From UHGV virus genome UHGV-0125936: 35,354 nt of DNA; one strand, 5' to 3'. This stretch comes from a virus. The notes beneath the pieces were generated by a model that did no database searches, was not told the DNA's origin, and worked only from the letters and a program-made list of their open reading frames with translations. The translations under genes were made by a program, and so were the position numbers. Shown piece after piece: positions 10,124 through 19,121 of this stretch (position 1 is the first letter of the stretch; every line of letters starts with the position of its first letter).

Positions 10124-10567
10124 TCAGGAGCCAGACTCGATGTTTTCAGGCTTACCTTTCAGGCGCAGGGAGAACGTTGCCGCCACTACGCCGTTGGTAC
10201 CTGAAGACCAGGTGTGCTGGCGGATTTCAGCCAGGAACTTAAAGCCCTTGCCGGACGGGAAGATAACCTGGAAAGCGTAGGTCGTATCGTTGTCATAGGC
10301 CTCACGCAAGGCGTCCTGCGCCGGATTCTTGTAGAAGTTGCCGGACAGAGAGATTTCTGACGGAGAAGGCAGGCCGTTGATGTTCTCCTGCTCGGTAGAG
10401 CAAAGTGTTGTTACGTCGATATCCTGCTTCTGACCACCGGTGAACTGAATTTCTTTGATGGTGCAACTCAGATCGAGGAAGGTTGCGGAATCCATCGTTT
10501 CTTTGGTGGCTGGCAGGGAGGAAATAAGGATCTTCGTCAGCTGCGATTTTTCATAAAGTGCAGACAT
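10124..10567 (-). CDS. Major tail protein
   Basis: 147 aa; RBS AGGAGA; position immediately upstream of G/T chaperone. Confidence 0.65.
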   Translation of the reverse strand: MSALYEKSQLTKILISSLPATKETMDSATFLDLSCTIKEIQFTGGQKQDIDVTTLCSTEQENINGLPSPSEISLSGNFYKNPAQDALREAYDNDTTYAFQVIFPSGKGFKFLAEIRQHTWSSGTNGVVAATFSLRLKGKPENIESGS

Positions 10568-10580
10568 AGCTGTCTCCTGG

Positions 10581-10608
10581 AAAAAGAAAACCCGCCATCA
10601 GGCGGGTT
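10581..10608 (-). terminator. Terminator-like hairpin upstream of the major tail gene
   Basis: 8-bp stem aacccgcc/ggcgggtt, loop atca, followed on - strand by UUCUUUUU. Confidence 0.4.
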
Positions 10609-10626
10609 CGTTGGGTGAATTAATTG

Positions 10627-10974
10627 TCAGGGGGTAACTTTAAAATCCAGGGTGGCACGGTAGAGCCGATAATCTGGCTCGTAACCGGGGATTTTTACCA
10701 CCTCTGTAGGGTTTAAGGGCTTCAGCGAAGCGAGCGCCAAATCTCTCAGGGTGCGTGATTCAGTGATCGTAGTGGAATACACATCTACCTGAATGGAAAC
10801 CCTGCTCTCTGCCTGGCCGCACAGCACGTCAGCGGAAACATCATCGACGATGGAAAAAATAATCCAGGGCGGAGAGACTGAAGGCTTTCCGTCACTGCCG
10901 AGAGGCGCAACGTAGGGATAAACCTGCCCTCCGGCCAGCGGCGCCAGCAGAGGATAGAGATCGTCTTCCGTCAT
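10627..10974 (-). CDS. Tail completion / tail terminator-like protein
   Basis: 115 aa; synteny between head-tail joining genes and major tail gene. Confidence 0.5.
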   Translation of the reverse strand: MTEDDLYPLLAPLAGGQVYPYVAPLGSDGKPSVSPPWIIFSIVDDVSADVLCGQAESRVSIQVDVYSTTITESRTLRDLALASLKPLNPTEVVKIPGYEPDYRLYRATLDFKVTP

Positions 10975-11420
10975 TTGCTTAATGCCTCGTCAATGGCCTG
11001 GTTCATGCGCCTGATTGCGACCTCCGTCGCCTGCTCCTGGCGTACATCGAACGCGGGACGAATGAACGGGTGCGGCGGCATGTTGGCAGTTCCCATTTCA
11101 ACGAATCGCCAGTAAAAGGCGTTTCTCGGGTTATTCGCCTTCATCGTGTTATCGCTGTTACCGGTGCGCGGATTAACGCCACGAATATGGACGCCGGAAG
11201 AAACCTCCCCGCGGCGGCGGCTTTTTTGGGTCACCACCACCACGTTTTTTTTCAGTTTTCCGGTGCGTACCGGTGCACGTGCGATCACTTCTTCCTTAAG
11301 CACTTCCGCGCCGGCGCGCGTGGCATCACGAAGAACCTTATTGTTTTCAGCGCGGCTAAGGGACTCCAGATCCTTTGCGATGTCATTTAACCCGGAAAAA
11401 TCGAGGCTCGTGTCTATCAT
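10971..11420 (-). CDS. Head-tail joining (neck) protein, HK97 gp10-like
   Basis: 149 aa; synteny; start overlaps upstream gene. Confidence 0.5.
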   Translation of the reverse strand: MIDTSLDFSGLNDIAKDLESLSRAENNKVLRDATRAGAEVLKEEVIARAPVRTGKLKKNVVVVTQKSRRRGEVSSGVHIRGVNPRTGNSDNTMKANNPRNAFYWRFVEMGTANMPPHPFIRPAFDVRQEQATEVAIRRMNQAIDEALSK

Positions 11421-11755
11421 TTTTCAGCTCCCGTTTTGCAAAGGATTTCCAGACGAGTGCCGGTCGAATTTGCTACCGGAGGACCGATGATATTTAGCAC
11501 CTGGCCTTTATACGGCCCGCTTAGCACTTCCAGACGAGAAGAGGCGTTCAGGTCAGCCCTGAAGCGCATCCAGACGCGAATAGTTGCCTGCGCCGTCTCC
11601 GCGCCGCCTGACAGCTGCTCTCTGCCGCTGATCCCCTTCACCTCGGCAGAAATCGAGCTGCCACCTTTCCACGATTCAACCGGCTGGCCAGATGGATCAC
11701 GCGAGGTTGTGAAGGTGAGAATTTTTACCCGGTGCCTGAATCGTCCCGGTTCCAT
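11417..11755 (-). CDS. Head closure / head-tail adaptor protein
   Basis: 112 aa; synteny; overlapping stop/start with neighbours. Confidence 0.5.
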   Translation of the reverse strand: MEPGRFRHRVKILTFTTSRDPSGQPVESWKGGSSISAEVKGISGREQLSGGAETAQATIRVWMRFRADLNASSRLEVLSGPYKGQVLNIIGPPVANSTGTRLEILCKTGAEK

Positions 11756-12081
11756 CAGGAGCCCTCCTCTGATTCGGCTTTACCGCGCCAGTTGCGATGA
11801 ATGAACATCATGCGTTCGGCGGCTGCATTCTCATAAAGCTGCACTTCGCTTTGTGCCGTCCGGTGTTCAAACATGTCTGCAAAGACAAGCAGAACGGCGC
11901 CCTTAACGGCGGCAGGAATATCAGCCGCAACCTTCCATGCTGGTTCATCGCACCAGCGTATGCAGTAGTCAAAAGCGGCCTGGGCGTACAGCGTGATCAG
12001 CTCGTCCCTGTCGTCTTCCTCAAACTCAATCTGCTGCTTAAACAGACTGAGGGAAATTACATCCAGAACATCTATCGCCAT
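11755..12081 (-). CDS. Head-tail connector protein (gp6-like)
   Basis: 108 aa acidic protein immediately downstream of major capsid gene. Confidence 0.5.
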   Translation of the reverse strand: MAIDVLDVISLSLFKQQIEFEEDDRDELITLYAQAAFDYCIRWCDEPAWKVAADIPAAVKGAVLLVFADMFEHRTAQSEVQLYENAAAERMMFIHRNWRGKAESEEGS

Positions 12082-12114
12082 AAGTTAAAAGGGCGGGTCA
12101 CCCCGCCCCCTCCA

Positions 12115-13272
12115 TCATGAGCCAGAAGAGAAGCTGCCCTTGATGATTGCCGTCGGGCGATAGTGCGCCAGCGCCAGGCGTTCTTCGCACAGGATGGTCA
12201 GCATGTTTTTCACGAAGTTATCGCGGTCTTCACGGCTGACTTCCACGGTGGCATCCATGCGATCCCACACCTGTGAGGCCATATCAAAACCGCCTACGGT
12301 AAAGGTACCGGCGGCCTGCGCCTTAGTCGGAACCACTGGCAGGCCCCACATGATGTTGCTGGTAAACGCCTGAGGACCACCGAAGAGGTAACGACCTTCG
12401 TTGTCTTTCAGCAGCGCGATGTTGTGCCAGTCGCGCGGGTTCAGGACGATACCGGAAGCGCTAAACTCAGACTCGGTCACCTGGTAAATAGCATGAGCGA
12501 TGATGTCAGCGCGGGTGTCACCGGAAACGTTCAGCGAGGTGTCGTAGGCGGTAGCCACTTTGTTCAGCCCCTCCAGGTTATCCCCGGTGCCGTCGCCATT
12601 CAGCAGCTGGTTTTCCTCCTTCAGTGCCAGACCATACATCAGACGGCCGTTGACGTATGACTGCAACATTGGTGCATCGTCCATAACCTGACGTGACGCC
12701 TGTACCCAGTGCGCGATGGTTTTCACGTTCGCGGTCTGCTTGCTGAAGGTGATATCCGATTCTGGCTTAAGCGCTTTCTCAGCCACCACATCGGCGTTAT
12801 TGGTAAACACCTCTTCACGCACATATTCCAGAGCGTTGCTGGAAATGCGGCCCTGAGCCAGCAGGTCACGGATGGTCAGACGGCGCAGGCCAGGCATGAT
12901 GATGCCAGGCATCTGCATAGGTTGGATCAGTGATCCAGCAGAATCAGCGTCACTGCCGAGAGACTTGTTAAACGTCTTCGCGTCGAAGGTGCCCTGTTTA
13001 CCGTCCCATGACTTAATAAGCTCTTCAGCAGCCCGTTCAGAGAAGGATTTCTTCTCACCAGGATTCTCAGCGCCGGATGCCAGTTTCTGCTCCAGATCGA
13101 AGAGACGAGTGCCGGATTTGGTCAGCTCTTCCTGTACTTTCATCAGATCGGACTGCAACTGTTTGGAAACCTGGCCCGTGCTTTCGATTTCTGCTTTCTG
13201 CGCATCGAAAAGCTGGGTCATTTTCTGCTGGGATTCTTCGATAGCTTTTTGAATGAGAGCGAGTTCAGACAT
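12115..13272 (-). CDS. Major capsid protein, HK97 fold
   Basis: 385 aa; N-terminal coiled-coil delta-like region then capsid domain; follows prohead protease. Confidence 0.85.
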   Translation of the reverse strand: MSELALIQKAIEESQQKMTQLFDAQKAEIESTGQVSKQLQSDLMKVQEELTKSGTRLFDLEQKLASGAENPGEKKSFSERAAEELIKSWDGKQGTFDAKTFNKSLGSDADSAGSLIQPMQMPGIIMPGLRRLTIRDLLAQGRISSNALEYVREEVFTNNADVVAEKALKPESDITFSKQTANVKTIAHWVQASRQVMDDAPMLQSYVNGRLMYGLALKEENQLLNGDGTGDNLEGLNKVATAYDTSLNVSGDTRADIIAHAIYQVTESEFSASGIVLNPRDWHNIALLKDNEGRYLFGGPQAFTSNIMWGLPVVPTKAQAAGTFTVGGFDMASQVWDRMDATVEVSREDRDNFVKNMLTILCEERLALAHYRPTAIIKGSFSSGS

Positions 13273-13274
13273 AA

Positions 13275-13964
13275 TTATTTACCTAAGTTAGAAGGGAAAG
13301 ATTGGATGCTCTGAAGCAGAGCTTTGATTTGTGCTTCGTTTCCGTCGCCCTCGGACTCGCTCCGAATCGCTGACTTAAACCGGGCAATTAGCCCAACTGC
13401 CTGTGATTTGGTGAGGCCGACTGAATCCCTCAGCCAGTTCTCCACATCACGGATCGTTTCAATGCCGTCGACACTTTTCATGGCTGCAATGCCAGCCTGT
13501 TCGTTGGCCGGGAAGGTGCAGACGCTTATTTCGCGCAGTGCCTGGACATTCTTGAAAATTCGACCGGTGGGAATGGTGGTGTAATCATCTTTTGCAACGG
13601 AAAAGCCAACCGACATGCCCTCAACCGTACCGTGCTGCATTGCAGCTTTCAGATCAGTGGCCCCGCTGTGCCCTGGCGTTAGCTGTCCGCGCACATACAG
13701 CCCTTTTTGGTCTTCTTCCAGGTTGTCCCATTTTCCAACCGGCAATTCCCAAGTCCTGTGGTTGAAAAACATCGCCACTTTTCGGGTCTGGTTTGCCAGT
13801 GCGTTTTTAAACGCCCCGGGAAGAATGATGTCGCCATCGGAATCAGTGTTATTAAAGACAGAGGCATATCCTTCAAAGATCCCCTGCTTTCCGTCACCAG
13901 TGAATTTGATTTCTGTCTCGTCGAAAGAGAGCGTTTTTACAATTTCAGGCATTACGGCCCCCAT
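13275..13964 (-). CDS. Prohead protease, HK97 family
   Basis: GYASVFNNTDSDGDIILPGAF motif; 229 aa; between portal and capsid; start 13964 or 13952 unresolved. Confidence 0.8.
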   Translation of the reverse strand: MGAVMPEIVKTLSFDETEIKFTGDGKQGIFEGYASVFNNTDSDGDIILPGAFKNALANQTRKVAMFFNHRTWELPVGKWDNLEEDQKGLYVRGQLTPGHSGATDLKAAMQHGTVEGMSVGFSVAKDDYTTIPTGRIFKNVQALREISVCTFPANEQAGIAAMKSVDGIETIRDVENWLRDSVGLTKSQAVGLIARFKSAIRSESEGDGNEAQIKALLQSIQSFPSNLGK

Positions 13965-13969
13965 AAAAA

Positions 13970-15247
13970 TTAAGCCCCGTCATTACGGGGCTCTTTGTTG
14001 GTTCCTAAGTCGGTGATCGGCACGTATTGCGCCTGTCGCATTGCCACATCGCCACCAGGTAATGGAGGCATGTTGTCAGTGCGGCGCATCTCGTTAATGG
14101 TGCGGAGCCCAGATTCGCCCATTGCCTTCATAAAGGCTGCGCGGGATGCAGAATCGCCCCTTAACAGACCATCAAGATTATGCTCAGCGTGAATCCGGCC
14201 AACATCCTTAGCCGGGATAAGCCAACGCTGAATGCTGTTTTCCCACCGGGAGATATAGGGCTGTAGGGTGTACTGTAGAAACCCGAGATTTTGCTGCTCG
14301 ATGCCTGAGCCCCAGCTCGTTGACTTCTCAACATCGCCGACAAGGTGAGGCGGTACGCCAAAGAATCGCGCCAGTTCGCTAACCTGGAATTTTCGGGACG
14401 CCATCATCTCGGCATCCTGTGGCGTTACGCCGATAGGTGAGGTGGTAAATCCCGCTTCCAGAATCCAGAGGCGTTTTTTTACAGGCCCGCCGGCGATCTC
14501 TTTAAAGTTCTCTTCAAGCTGGTTTCGCTGTGGTTCGGTTAGAACTCTGTCTCCGGTCATGAGAATTTGCGGAGACTTGGCGCCATTAGCAAAGAAATCA
14601 CGTTGCTGATCCTCCATCGCCACCGCCACCCCTGCCGATTTACAGGCAAAAGCAATTGGTGACAGGCCGACCAGCCCCGTGAATCCGAAGCCTTTAAGGT
14701 GAAAAATCTCTCTCTGCGAAAAGTCGGCGTATTCGCTGTCTCGCTGATAGCGATAAACCACTTTTTTTCCGACAAGTTTCACATCCATACTGGCTGACTG
14801 AAGCGGGAGAAGGCTGATCACGTCACCCGCGCTGTTGCGGTCAATCAGTGCATACGCGTTACCGAAGAAACAGAGCTGCATTGTCATGGCCTCCCTGAAT
14901 TCCTGGGCGGTCATGTACTGATTCGGTGAGTAGCGCAGCAGTCGTGCCAGCGGATTGCTCAAATCCACTTTTTTACGGTTGTCATTCTGATCTGTTTCGA
15001 AGACATCAAGCGGTAAGCATGCCGTGAGCGTTGAAATCAGGCTCACGCAGCGCCACACAGTCGAAATTTGCAGTATCCGTTCATCGTTAATGGATGAATC
15101 GCCCAGGTGTCCGTGGGCCGAAACAGGCCCCGTCTGTGAGCCCTGATTTGGGGTCACTAAACGCCCGCCGACAAACCAGGACTGAAGCTTTGCCCACCAG
15201 CCGTTATTGGTTCGAAGGTCAATTGTGTATTTAGGTTCTTCCATCAC
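13970..15247 (-). CDS. Portal protein
   Basis: 425 aa; between TerL and protease; start overlaps TerL stop. Confidence 0.85.
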   Translation of the reverse strand: MMEEPKYTIDLRTNNGWWAKLQSWFVGGRLVTPNQGSQTGPVSAHGHLGDSSINDERILQISTVWRCVSLISTLTACLPLDVFETDQNDNRKKVDLSNPLARLLRYSPNQYMTAQEFREAMTMQLCFFGNAYALIDRNSAGDVISLLPLQSASMDVKLVGKKVVYRYQRDSEYADFSQREIFHLKGFGFTGLVGLSPIAFACKSAGVAVAMEDQQRDFFANGAKSPQILMTGDRVLTEPQRNQLEENFKEIAGGPVKKRLWILEAGFTTSPIGVTPQDAEMMASRKFQVSELARFFGVPPHLVGDVEKSTSWGSGIEQQNLGFLQYTLQPYISRWENSIQRWLIPAKDVGRIHAEHNLDGLLRGDSASRAAFMKAMGESGLRTINEMRRTDNMPPLPGGDVAMRQAQYVPITDLGTNKEPRNDGA

Positions 15248-16758
15248 ATGCTCAGCGGTCGGAAAATGAAGTCATCGAAGTCACCACCTTGTTCGGTAAC
15301 TTCCCCATTAGCAGCACCAACGGACATCGTCATTGCGACCATGCCATCAATACGGCCCGTTGCTTTGGATTTATCCAGCTTACGGTTGCCGGCAGCATCT
15401 TTAACGATCACCGCGTTCCCGGCGCACATGGTTAATACCGGGTGCATGCCGTGCCTTACCCGCCCGTTAAGCATCAGCGATTCAAGGGTGTCCACTGCCG
15501 GGCCCATATCCTTGAAGCCCTGGCCGAACTCAACCAAAGGAAGGCTCAGGCCTATGTCATCAGCCTCTTTCCTGAACTGGTCAATGCGCCACCGGTCGAA
15601 CGCCATTGAGGTAAGATCGAAATCACCGATTATTTCGGCAATATCGGCAACCACGAATGAGTAATCGACCGATGCGCCGGGCGTGGTGCGCAAAAGCCCC
15701 TCTCTGGCCCATACGTCATATGGCGCTCGGTCTGTTTTGGACCGTGCCTCCAGCGTTTTTTGAGGCGTCCAGAAGAACGGGAAGATATCCCAGACGCCAT
15801 CCTCTGCTTCACCAGCGATAACCAGCGCCGTTAAGTCATTCCTGGCTGACAGGTCCAGCCCTGCATACCACTTCCTCGGCGTATTAACCGGCATGTCGCC
15901 GCACAGCTCCCACACGCTACGTGAGATAAACGGGGATACGGTGGAAACGCGCTGGTTCAGGTTGAGGTTGCGGAAGGTGTTCTCGAAGCTCGGCATTCGC
16001 GCGGCCATTTCTGCCTGGCGCGCCATGTCTTTTTCGGATCTGAAGGTTCCTAACGCCGGGTTCGCGGCAAGCCAGGATTCCCGCTTACCGATATCAGCGT
16101 CTTTTGGCGCTTCGTAAACGTGGCAGACAATGTGCGGATCTTTCGATTTGACCGCATCATCAATCCAGATGCTTAACAGATCGGCATCATTCGCCGCCTG
16201 AGTGCTGATAACTATCAGCAGCGGATTTTCATGCGCGCCCTGGGCTGTGGTGATCGCATCGATAAAATCATCCTGCGGCCCCCTTACCTGCCCGGTTTCG
16301 TCCAGAATCGCCAGAACAGGCGACAGTCCGTGTGTGGTTTTACCCTCAGCAGATAACGCCTTATATTCGACATTACACGGCAGCCCGATCAGCTTTTTGC
16401 CGCTGGGCGTGATGTGCACAATCTCCTGCAATTTTGGGTTCAGGTTGACCATCTTCACCGCGAGGTTGAAAACGATAGATGCCTGCTCCCGGCTCAGAGC
16501 ACCGCTGACGATCTGGGTATTCTGTACCGCTTCTGGCCCCACCAGGTGCGCCAGCAGGATGCCGGCTATCAGCCCCGTCTTGCCGTTTTTGCGGGCGATG
16601 CTCAGTATCGCTTTATCGGTACCGACTGGATTGTCGTAAACCGCCAGGATGAACTCTTTCTGAAATGGGTCAAGCCGCATGGCCTTACCGAGAAGCTTGC
16701 CTTCCGGCACAATGCAAAAGCGCTCAATGAACGCTATTACACGCTCACCTCGCGTCAT
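15244..16758 (-). CDS. Terminase large subunit
   Basis: 504 aa; ATPase-like N-terminal region (GKTGLIAGIL Walker A-like) and nuclease C-terminal region; synteny. Confidence 0.9.
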   Translation of the reverse strand: MTRGERVIAFIERFCIVPEGKLLGKAMRLDPFQKEFILAVYDNPVGTDKAILSIARKNGKTGLIAGILLAHLVGPEAVQNTQIVSGALSREQASIVFNLAVKMVNLNPKLQEIVHITPSGKKLIGLPCNVEYKALSAEGKTTHGLSPVLAILDETGQVRGPQDDFIDAITTAQGAHENPLLIVISTQAANDADLLSIWIDDAVKSKDPHIVCHVYEAPKDADIGKRESWLAANPALGTFRSEKDMARQAEMAARMPSFENTFRNLNLNQRVSTVSPFISRSVWELCGDMPVNTPRKWYAGLDLSARNDLTALVIAGEAEDGVWDIFPFFWTPQKTLEARSKTDRAPYDVWAREGLLRTTPGASVDYSFVVADIAEIIGDFDLTSMAFDRWRIDQFRKEADDIGLSLPLVEFGQGFKDMGPAVDTLESLMLNGRVRHGMHPVLTMCAGNAVIVKDAAGNRKLDKSKATGRIDGMVAMTMSVGAANGEVTEQGGDFDDFIFRPLSM

Positions 16759-16764
16759 AGTCGT

Positions 16765-17250
16765 TTATCCGTGTTTGGGAAAGGCGATCAGGTTGTCGTC
16801 CTGGTCCTGATGTCCGTTTTTGGTATTCCGTGCATCACGATCGTTCTGATTACGTTTCTTCTGGTCGCGACTTTCGCCGTTGGTTGCGTGTGAATGGATC
16901 TGGAGGTCGCGGCGCTGAGCCAGGATAGTTCGTTGTAGCTCAACAATTTGCTTGCGGAGGTCTTTGATAAGGCCTTCGTCTCGCTCCTCCCCGCGTATAC
17001 GCTCTTCTTTGCGTAAATCCTTGCGTAAAACGGTGATATAGAGCTGATTATTTGCCAGTTCTACGGCGGCCAGCAGGTCGGCAGGCGTCCAGCTGTCCAG
17101 AGCTTTCGATCTGATATTGTCATGCCAGAATGGTTCGGCTTTTTTCTCCAAACCTGCATGGGACGGCGGATCGATGGTGTCCACAGCTGCATTTTTCATG
17201 GCCTGAACCGCTGCCGCCGAACTGTCGGAACGGGTTCGTTTATCTGCCAT
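16765..17250 (-). CDS. Terminase small subunit
   Basis: 161 aa charged protein immediately upstream of TerL; RBS AAGGTG. Confidence 0.6.
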   Translation of the reverse strand: MADKRTRSDSSAAAVQAMKNAAVDTIDPPSHAGLEKKAEPFWHDNIRSKALDSWTPADLLAAVELANNQLYITVLRKDLRKEERIRGEERDEGLIKDLRKQIVELQRTILAQRRDLQIHSHATNGESRDQKKRNQNDRDARNTKNGHQDQDDNLIAFPKHG

Positions 17251-17433
17251 ATGTCAACACCTTAAAACTAAAAAAATCGGGTTAGCGTTAAAATCAAACT
17301 TTGGCGGCGGTCATTTGGGGCAAAGGTTTTGAAGATTTGATCCCCCCCCTGCCCTGATGCGATTCATTCTCATTTGATATCGTTGCATTTGAAATGATTT
17401 CACATGATAGGTAATCGACTTGCCGCCGCCGCG
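17251..17433. other. Candidate cos / terminase recognition region
   Basis: Non-coding gap between HNH-linked small ORF and TerS; GGCGGCGG at 17303-17310 with its inverse at 17423-17432; C8 run at 17342-17349. Confidence 0.35.
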
Positions 17434-17637
17434 CTATGCCGAATGTTTGTCTACCTGTTCGAGTTTCTGATCGCCTTTCCGATGCCCGGAGACAACATGA
17501 CCTGAAATGGTCACCGTCGGCATCTCCTGCCCTACAGCGTGCGAGAACTGAATGGATGTCACGTCCTTCATCTCCACGCCATCAATCACCAGGCGAACGA
17601 ATTTTCCATTGCGGTATTCAATGCTGAGGTCTTTCAT
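17434..17637 (-). CDS. Hypothetical small protein translationally coupled to HNH gene
   Basis: 67-aa ORF whose start overlaps the HNH stop. Confidence 0.3.
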   Translation of the reverse strand: MKDLSIEYRNGKFVRLVIDGVEMKDVTSIQFSHAVGQEMPTVTISGHVVSGHRKGDQKLEQVDKHSA

Positions 17638-17990
17638 TACGTGCTCCAGTGAGACGCAGGATCGAGCGGGTAGCCATTGGCATCACAGCCTATTACCGCG
17701 CCGCTCTTCTCCATCCTCTGTTTCGTTGAGTCATGATGCGCTTTACACAGTGGCTGCCAGTTCTCTTTACTCCAGAACAGGAGCTGTGCTTTCGATATGG
17801 CCAGCGGGTTACCTGACTTAAGCGCATCTTTGAGTTTGTGGGGCTCGATATGGTCAACCACCGTTGCTGGGGTAATCCGCCCCTGCTGCTCGCACATCAC
17901 ACATAGTGGGTGCTGCTGCAGGAAACGCAGACGGGCCTTATCCCATCGGCTGCCATATACGCGGGGCTCTTTGTTCATGACAGTCTCCAT
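17637..17990 (-). CDS. HNH endonuclease (terminase-associated)
   Basis: CVMCEQQGR...VDHIEPH...CKAHHDSTKQ HNH zinc-finger motif; located just upstream of cos/TerS as in HK97 gp74. Confidence 0.85.
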   Translation of the reverse strand: METVMNKEPRVYGSRWDKARLRFLQQHPLCVMCEQQGRITPATVVDHIEPHKLKDALKSGNPLAISKAQLLFWSKENWQPLCKAHHDSTKQRMEKSGAVIGCDANGYPLDPASHWST

Positions 17991-18034
17991 GCGTAACGGT
18001 GCTCAAAGTGAGGAAGGATGGGATAAACAACAGC

Positions 18035-18615
18035 TTATGCCAGCCTCCATGCGCGGCGGCGTTCTGTCCTCGGCTCGTTGTCAGGGTGACGCTCAACCGT
18101 CTGGAGGTCAGCGTGATCCACCAGCGAGTAACACGGATAAATCACCCGACCACCGAATGCCTCACCGACAGCGTAATCAGCTGCCAGCGTTTTGTTCCAT
18201 GTACTGAGCATGCGCGCCAAACTTCCCCGAGGAGGGCTATAACATACGCCGTGAATCAGTTTGCTTAATACGATGTGGTCACCACAGACGCGATCCGCAT
18301 CCACCAGCATTCCGGCAATCTCTTTCTGATACTGCGGCGGTCGGCCGGTACCGAGATAAAAGCTCAGCATGTCGTCAGGGAAGCGCACCAGCCATTCAGT
18401 TACCTTATCGGTGAAGCCCTGCACAGGAAGCGCGTCTTCTTCCAACACCACTACCCGGCAAGGTTGCTCAGCAGCCCATTCGATAGCGCGACGATGATTC
18501 CAGTTCGCGCCGCGGTTACCGTCATCAATAAGCAGATGAGCATCCAGCAGCGCGGCAAGTCGTTGCGCATGACCTATGCGAGAGTGATGGCCAACCACAA
18601 CAAACTTAATCTCTG
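18035..18615 (-). CDS. Putative nucleotide-sugar transferase-like (GT-A-like) protein
   Basis: 193 aa from ATGATG at 18615 (RBS GAGG upstream); KFVVVGHHSRIGHAQRLAALLDAHLLIDDG...VVVLEEDALP resembles GT-A/GT25-type N-terminus by eye only. Confidence 0.35.
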
Positions 18616-19115
18616 TCTGCATCATTATGGGTAAACACCTCATTACGGGCTCGTCGTGCAACCTCAGCAGCTTCATGCTTACAGTCAAAGTAACCAAGGT
18701 GATGCCGGGTACCATGCTCTTTATAATGAGCACACCATTTCTTCATATCCCGATTCCAAGTAACTCCACGAAATCCTGACGCAGAGGAGTGACGTTGCCT
18801 GTTTTCAGCGTTTTGTTTTGGTGTTGCTATTCGAAGATGTTTTGGGTTGACGCAAAGAGTGTTATGGCAGGTATGGTCAATCAAATATCCGTCTGGGATA
18901 GGTCCGTTGCTAAGTTCCCATGAAGCTCTGTGTGCAAGAATCATTTTTCCAGGCCCGCCAGCAGTAACTCCAGCTTTCAAATGCCCGTAAAATAAATACC
19001 TCCCACCGCCTATAGGACTCTTTCTCTTAGCCGCATTCCAGATCCAGCATTCATCTGGAGAAGCAACAACGACCTTTTCCCAGAATCTTTCACTGAAAGT
19101 TCTGGTCTTTTTCAT
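18606..19115 (-). CDS. HNH homing endonuclease with AP2 DNA-binding domain
   Basis: LIDHTCHNTLCVNPKHL HNH_3-like motif; C-terminal SGFRGVTWNRDMKKWCAHY...GYFDCKHEAA AP2-like. Confidence 0.75.
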   Translation of the reverse strand: MKKTRTFSERFWEKVVVASPDECWIWNAAKRKSPIGGGRYLFYGHLKAGVTAGGPGKMILAHRASWELSNGPIPDGYLIDHTCHNTLCVNPKHLRIATPKQNAENRQRHSSASGFRGVTWNRDMKKWCAHYKEHGTRHHLGYFDCKHEAAEVARRARNEVFTHNDADRD

Positions 19116-19121
19116 ATCAGC

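Noticed and set aside
12424-13252. + strand ORFs overlapping the major capsid gene
   Set aside because: Antisense shadow ORFs inside a well-supported capsid gene
15248-16893. + strand ORFs overlapping TerL
   Set aside because: Antisense to a strongly supported terminase gene; Ser/Pro/Arg-rich low-complexity translations
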